64,000 bases of DNA from the IMG/VR virus record IMGVR_UViG_3300032516_000001, positions 177,649 through 241,648 of that record, one strand, 5' to 3'. Below, piece after piece: positions 58,638-64,000 of the stretch (positions within the stretch are counted from its first letter, which is position 1; the number at the start of each line of letters is the position of its first letter). The position numbers and the translations under genes are program-made. Under the pieces are notes generated by a model. The model saw only the letters and a list, made by a program, of their open reading frames with translations. It had not been told where the DNA came from and did no database searches.

Positions 58638-59957
58638 TCATTGACCTGGGCGCTCCCAGAGATTCTCGAGGGATGCCTCTTGCTTGACCTTGCTGACCTG
58701 TACCTGGCCAATCTTCTTGGCGCCAGTGCTGGCCATGCGGACAAACCCAGTCTCACGCATGATCTGCTCCTGCTCGGATGCCTTGATCTCACGATGGGCC
58801 TGGACTTCGGGGTCATCTGAGAAGAGGTTGTCTAGGTCGCTTGTATCCTTGTCAGATGCTGTTCGACCCTCAGAGTCATCCTCATCAAATGTGATGTCCG
58901 GCGTGGCTGTAGCCGCCATCATCGGCGACGGACCGGGCATTGGTGTAACCTCTGCTGGCGGCTGCTCGAACAAGTCGGTCAGCTCAGGAGCGGGTGATGG
59001 GGACGGAAGGGCACCAGGAGCTGCCTCCTGAGATTCCTGCTGGAGCAGCTGCTGGAGCATGCTCTTGATCTCAGCATCCATGCAACCGCATTCAGTGGTT
59101 GAAGCGGAATCGGTGGCAGCGGAATCGGTGGCGGTAGAATCGGTGGCGGCGCTTGCAGTCTCCTCTTCTCCTCCTTCTTCCTCTTCCTCTTCCTCTTCTT
59201 CTTCTTCGGCCTTACCTTCAGCCTTCTCAGCTTTTGGGGGCTCTTTTCCCTTTTCCTCGGACGAAACCGTGGCGTCCTTCTTCTCAGGCTCGAGGCCTTC
59301 CGGCTTCTCTTCCTCAAGGGCGACCTTTACGGTCTTGAGAATCTCTTTGAGGGTCGGATCATCGACCTTCATAAACATGGAAGCTATATGCTCCACATGC
59401 TCCTCTTTCGGATTCTCGGGCAGGAGGCGAGCCGCGAGCTTGCAACAAGCAAGAGCACGACGGAATTTTACCTGCTTTGGAAGAGCATCCGGGGAAACCT
59501 GATCGAGCCGGCGAAGCGTAGAAGCAATAACGGGTCCGGGTAGTGCCATCAAATCACAGGCCTGGGCCTCGACTAGCTTCTGATCGTCTGAACGTAGGAG
59601 GACGCGAGCAAGACGTTCAACAGCGGAAGCTTTTCGCTCGGCAGCGGCACGGGCATTATCATATTTGCCCTTGCCACCCCACTGATCGGAATCCTTGTGG
59701 CTCCAGGTGTCATCCCGGAATTCACCGAATCCGACCTCATTCCGCTTTACATGATCCCCCTCGTATTCTTTCTTGACATGGGGGTCAGAATTCGCGGGAG
59801 TCTCGGCCCATTCATCCGGGCTGCCAGACTCATACTCAACAGGTGATGGCTGCGGATGTTCCTGGTTCATAGTGTAAGGGTCAGCGGTCCTCACGGTTGC
59901 TGCCTCACGACGAACCGGGTTGGCCGAGTCGGACCAGGTGCTTCGCCAACGTGACAT
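58638..59957 (-). CDS. Putative capsid scaffolding protein
   Basis: Acidic and disordered (poly-Glu, ATDS three times), GGAGG ribosome-binding site, between the protease and capsid genes. Confidence 0.65.
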   Translation of the reverse strand: MSRWRSTWSDSANPVRREAATVRTADPYTMNQEHPQPSPVEYESGSPDEWAETPANSDPHVKKEYEGDHVKRNEVGFGEFRDDTWSHKDSDQWGGKGKYDNARAAAERKASAVERLARVLLRSDDQKLVEAQACDLMALPGPVIASTLRRLDQVSPDALPKQVKFRRALACCKLAARLLPENPKEEHVEHIASMFMKVDDPTLKEILKTVKVALEEEKPEGLEPEKKDATVSSEEKGKEPPKAEKAEGKAEEEEEEEEEEEGGEEETASAATDSTATDSAATDSASTTECGCMDAEIKSMLQQLLQQESQEAAPGALPSPSPAPELTDLFEQPPAEVTPMPGPSPMMAATATPDITFDEDDSEGRTASDKDTSDLDNLFSDDPEVQAHREIKASEQEQIMRETGFVRMASTGAKKIGQVQVSKVKQEASLENLWERPGQ

Positions 59958-59998
59958 ATTACAAATGCCTCCTACAAGATTTCAGCTTCATCAATGCC

Positions 59999-62900
59999 TT
60001 AAAATTTGGATAGTGAAGCTATTCTACCCTTCCACCGAAAAAACTGCTGTTCTTCAGGTGTCAAAACTCTTCCGAGCTTGACCCTGCAGGCTGTGAGATA
60101 AGAGGTCTCGCTGGGGTATCCATCAATTGATCCAATATCTATTGCAATTTTATATAAATCTGATGAATAATTATGAGACCTAACAGTATCTTCAATCCAT
60201 GAAAGGATTATCAGATCTCGCGGATTCATTTCTGTAGCTATAATGGCCTTAGGCCCACCTTCATGAACGACTTTGTAAGCCCATGAAGCCCATTTGATCA
60301 ATTTACTATTGTTTTTAAATACTTTATTTAATCGCCGATTAAATTCTTGCGAAGATCTAACTACATTATCAAGTGAGTCTTCAACTCCACCAGCCGGGAC
60401 TGGCTTGGAAGGAGGAACAATTGTACCAACATCTTCAGAATTAGGTTTTAATTGCTTATCTAATCCTTTAACAATGCTCTCCAAAAGCATTTCTTGAGCT
60501 TTCTCAAGAAGCTCCTTCATTTTATCAACCGGAATTTCCGGTTCATCAGCTGGTTTATCATCATCTGATTTATCATCGGCTGGTTTGTCTTCGGTATCAC
60601 CGCCCTCTAGGATAGAATCCATTGAGGCGTCAGCATCTTCAGGCTTATCTTCAGCTGGTCCATCCTCAGGTGGCTCATCAGCTGGTTTATCCTCAGGATC
60701 TTGGGCTTTTTTAATCATAGACGCAGCCTTCTTTATACCATCAGATTTCATAAAATCCTTCCTTAATTCGAAAATAGAAACTGCATCATGCAATTTGCTA
60801 GCTAATATTTCCACATCAGGATTCAATAGATTTCGACGTACAGCACCACGAAACGCTGGACTGCGAACCCAAGAAGCCTCTATAAATTGATTACTATTCG
60901 GAACGCTTACATGTCCAACAAGCTCAGCTATAGGATGTTGTACACCACTATCATCAATAAACTGAGAACCTTTCCCCTCATATTGAACGCAGCTGCAATT
61001 ATGTACTGCTACACCATTGGCAACATAAGAATGATCATTCTCAACTTCCAAATTATAGACATCACCATGATATGGTTGAACATTTTTTGACCTAACTCTA
61101 TGAACTAAATAATTTCCAAATTTCTTAAAACCATCGAAAAAACCGTCCATTTTAGAAGATTTAATATTTTTATCTATAAATCTAGTGTTATCCGAAAATC
61201 CTATATTTTCTGGGATATGTAAAGCGAATATTGGCAACCACCCACGTTCATCTCTAATTGGTACTGATTCACCGTTAATAACATTTCTAAATTCAACTGA
61301 TTTACCATTAAATAACGCTGAATATCTTGAATAGTATCCACATCTTGCAGCAATAGTATGCATTTGTGTCAACAAATTAAAAGAAGTAGTATTACCAATG
61401 ATACCGAATTTACTATTGTGGCCATCACCATTCAACCAAGTAAACAAAATGTGCTTCTGAATATCAGAATCCCAAAGCACAACATCAGAATTTAATTTTT
61501 TCTCATTTGAATATTCACCACAGTATGTATAAAAAAATTCAGCAACGGATTTATCCATAAAAGTTACTACCGAGCAATTTATTTTTGCTAGTTTACGTCT
61601 TGCGACTACTATATCTAATGACCCATAGGCCCAATTTCTATTGCATACCTTGCATTTTAAACAATCGTCACGTCCTTTGCGATGCCTAACATTCCTTAAA
61701 TATTCAGATGGTGCCCCACAGTCAGGACAAACAGCATCTTCCGGAATTGATCTACTATTACTATTTCTAACAACAGGTTTTATGTTATTTTTAAATATTA
61801 TATCAGTCCATAACAATTTCTTACGACTAGATTTCGAAAATACTTTATTCAACAATAGTTCAGTTTCAGCCGATAACGTATCGTGTTCATGGGAACCAAA
61901 TGTAAATGTAATACCAACTCTTTCATTATTCCTCTTTATATAACACCCTTCCGACAAGAAGTACCCGATTAACCTAGCCTTATCAATTGTAGCATCGTCA
62001 GTGTTTTTAACTTCTTGTGGTATTGGAAACCCTAAATAATCACCAGGAATGACATCTTTTGCTTCTACAAAATCAAAAGATAAGTCATCTTTAATAGATG
62101 CTGCTTTTTGTATAGATTTAATATTAGAATGTTGATTCGGGTTCACTAATCTAGTATTATGTCCAGTAATATATCTTCTTTGGAATGATTTTATAGATCC
62201 ACGTTCATGTTCAATGGTCCGATGAAGTTTTTCACCGCAACCACACGCACAAAATTGTGCAGGTCGTAGAACAAAAAATGGATGCTCAGGTGTAGATCTG
62301 ATTGGATCCGGTATACCATCAATATCAAAATTTATGAGATCGCCAGCATAATGTCTTGAAATAGTTTTAGTTACTATTTCAGAATTACCGGTATGGGTTA
62401 TAATCTTATCACCTTCGACTATTTCATTAATATATCTGTGTGTTCCATCAGATTTCAATATGAAAGTATTTTCAGGAAAACATAATTGGCTGTCGTCGGC
62501 AGCAACATTTCCACATTTAGTACAAACTGTAAATAACGAAATACAATTAGAAACACCTACACCATTTGCAATATATGAGTGATCACCATCGACCTCCATA
62601 TCATAAACAAATCCATCATATTCAAATTCATCGATTTTCTTCACCCTAGAAAATAAATACCCACCAGAAATCCATCTATCAGAATTACCTGGAGTATATT
62701 TTATACTATCAAGATGAGATTTGATTTTCAATGACGGAATTTTCTTAACCCCGTCATTACGCAATCTTATTTGATAATCAATTCCACCAGAATTTGGTAA
62801 TAATTTGGTGCCATTACGTTTTACTACTGATAAAGTACTAACTATCCCGCATCTAAGTAATATCGACATATATTGGCACGCCAAGTTTTCATTTCTAGTA

Positions 62901-64000
62901 GATATGAAAACTTGCTTTGTACCTCTCTTAGTAGTAGATACGCACCCATCTGAATCAATTACTCCTGATATAAACGCAAGTTGATGATCAATAGGCCAGG
63001 ATACGATATCAGAACTAAGAAGTTTATTTAATGCTTTATTTCCAAAAACATATGAGTCAATAAGATTACGAACAGTTCTACTTGAAGAAATTAAATAATC
63101 GGCTCCCCTTCTTTGAGAACGTAAGACCTGCTTCGATTCATTTCTTTTATCTACAACACGTCCAAGTTTTTTATAACCGTTAACCCAATTATACCCAGTG
63201 CGACGACTTATATTAGATTCTTTACATAAATTTGTAAAAGAACCATCATAATTATTCATCGCATTAAAAAATTCAGTTTTACAAATCGATCCACCATCAG
63301 AAGTTATGCGAGTTTCTCCAGCTTTCCATGAAATTTGATTTATAGATGAAATAATATCCTCTATTATTTCTGGATATTTCGAATCACAAACTATTCCAAT
63401 TCCAGTACTAGAATCATGTTTATTTTGCCATTTCCAACCATCTCCAACCCACAACCCAAGAAGACGAGCTTCTTTTATTGAAATTTTAGGTTCAACTATG
63501 GTATTCGGAATCGGAGTAGCAACAACATCATTTATTTGAATGGAACCAGCTTCAAGTTTTTCGAATCTATAATCATCATGGTTCAATAAGTTACGACCAT
63601 TCTTCTTAATATAAGTTAATTCTTTACGTGGAACTACATAGAAATTATGATTATAAGTTGACTCAACTATTGGTAAACCAGAAACCTTAATTCGTCGCAT
63701 AGACCATCTATTTTGACGAATTTGAAGATTTTTAACAAGACAGACATTCCCTTTTTGGGAAAGAACCATCATGTTAGGACGAATTTCTTCAATCGGAATA
63801 ACAGAACCATCCTCGAGTGTAATGCGAGTCCCTGGGAAGAAACACCCCATACTCAGGGCGTTAACTTTTCCACCTAATATATCTCCAATTAGTAAATTAT
63901 GCTTCCGATCTGTTGCGACAAGAATATCTACATAAACTGTTTCACCGAGGTCTCGAGCTACCGCATCAACAATAAACCCCTTTGATAATTCTGGTAATTG
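59999..64000 (-). CDS. Prohead (capsid maturation) serine protease with two inteins; 5' end outside the window
   Basis: The frame is open to 64000: ...GFIVDAVAR...KVNALSMG|C. SMGC is a typical prohead-protease serine motif. Acidic C-terminal extension. Confidence 0.8.
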   Translation of the reverse strand, partial: QLPELSKGFIVDAVARDLGETVYVDILVATDRKHNLLIGDILGGKVNALSMGCFFPGTRITLEDGSVIPIEEIRPNMMVLSQKGNVCLVKNLQIRQNRWSMRRIKVSGLPIVESTYNHNFYVVPRKELTYIKKNGRNLLNHDDYRFEKLEAGSIQINDVVATPIPNTIVEPKISIKEARLLGLWVGDGWKWQNKHDSSTGIGIVCDSKYPEIIEDIISSINQISWKAGETRITSDGGSICKTEFFNAMNNYDGSFTNLCKESNISRRTGYNWVNGYKKLGRVVDKRNESKQVLRSQRRGADYLISSSRTVRNLIDSYVFGNKALNKLLSSDIVSWPIDHQLAFISGVIDSDGCVSTTKRGTKQVFISTRNENLACQYMSILLRCGIVSTLSVVKRNGTKLLPNSGGIDYQIRLRNDGVKKIPSLKIKSHLDSIKYTPGNSDRWISGGYLFSRVKKIDEFEYDGFVYDMEVDGDHSYIANGVGVSNCISLFTVCTKCGNVAADDSQLCFPENTFILKSDGTHRYINEIVEGDKIITHTGNSEIVTKTISRHYAGDLINFDIDGIPDPIRSTPEHPFFVLRPAQFCACGCGEKLHRTIEHERGSIKSFQRRYITGHNTRLVNPNQHSNIKSIQKAASIKDDLSFDFVEAKDVIPGDYLGFPIPQEVKNTDDATIDKARLIGYFLSEGCYIKRNNERVGITFTFGSHEHDTLSAETELLLNKVFSKSSRKKLLWTDIIFKNNIKPVVRNSNSRSIPEDAVCPDCGAPSEYLRNVRHRKGRDDCLKCKVCNRNWAYGSLDIVVARRKLAKINCSVVTFMDKSVAEFFYTYCGEYSNEKKLNSDVVLWDSDIQKHILFTWLNGDGHNSKFGIIGNTTSFNLLTQMHTIAARCGYYSRYSALFNGKSVEFRNVINGESVPIRDERGWLPIFALHIPENIGFSDNTRFIDKNIKSSKMDGFFDGFKKFGNYLVHRVRSKNVQPYHGDVYNLEVENDHSYVANGVAVHNCSCVQYEGKGSQFIDDSGVQHPIAELVGHVSVPNSNQFIEASWVRSPAFRGAVRRNLLNPDVEILASKLHDAVSIFELRKDFMKSDGIKKAASMIKKAQDPEDKPADEPPEDGPAEDKPEDADASMDSILEGGDTEDKPADDKSDDDKPADEPEIPVDKMKELLEKAQEMLLESIVKGLDKQLKPNSEDVGTIVPPSKPVPAGGVEDSLDNVVRSSQEFNRRLNKVFKNNSKLIKWASWAYKVVHEGGPKAIIATEMNPRDLIILSWIEDTVRSHNYSSDLYKIAIDIGSIDGYPSETSYLTACRVKLGRVLTPEEQQFFRWKGRIASLSKF
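60998..62482 (-). mobile_element. Intein 2 (495 aa) with LAGLIDADG endonuclease and Zn-ribbon inserts
   Basis: Starts CFPENT, has TPEHPF block B, LIGYFLSEG and TWLNGDG, and ends VYNLEV...VHN|C. Confidence 0.9.
62546..63844 (-). mobile_element. Intein 1 (433 aa) with LAGLIDADG endonuclease
   Basis: Starts CFFPGT, has TYNHNF, LLGLWVGDG and ISGVIDSDG, and ends VYDMEV...VSN|C. Confidence 0.9.

Noticed and set aside
59104-59148. 15-bp unit repeated three times, next to a poly-Glu tract
   Set aside because: This is an ordinary low-complexity linker (ATDS) in the scaffold protein.
1-64000. Alternative genetic code or diversity-generating retroelement
   Set aside because: Genes are full length with TAA, TAG and TGA all used as stops. 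I saw no reverse transcriptase and no adenine-specific repeat pair.

Overview
This window is part of the morphogenesis region of a large tailed dsDNA phage, read in the standard genetic code and mostly on the minus strand. Read in the direction of transcription (right to left), there are five blocks. (1) Head module: a prohead protease with two LAGLIDADG inteins only 21 aa apart, then scaffold, head decoration protein and major capsid protein. (2) A Zn-ribbon/LAGLIDADG/DNA-methyltransferase fusion gene. Its start codon lies in one arm of a perfect 33-bp inverted repeat that encloses a consensus sigma70 promoter. (3) An accessory block (about 40-54 kb) with tdk, a GT51 peptidoglycan transglycosylase and three GIY-YIG endonucleases. 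It also holds a family of small genes sharing portable peptide modules (MKPxxxAxxLxxIAxxIExSxxP..., QIA[AS]R[VI]A, AERIAARYLNQK), which may be capsid-targeting or protease-cleavage tags. (4) Putative virion genes, including a 3960-aa Thr-rich collagen-like protein with about 1,190 Gly-X-Y triplets and a GC-richer fibre/lectin-like cassette. (5) A glycosylation locus: GT2/GT4/TPR glycosyltransferases, FkbM-type and other methyltransferases, a nucleotide-sugar dehydrogenase and a GDP-mannose 3,5-epimerase-like enzyme. At least 13 genes have G-TAnnnT 5-7 nt before the ATG, which suggests leaderless transcription. I saw no tRNA, rRNA or CRISPR array. All functional calls come from motifs recognised by eye, with no database search.
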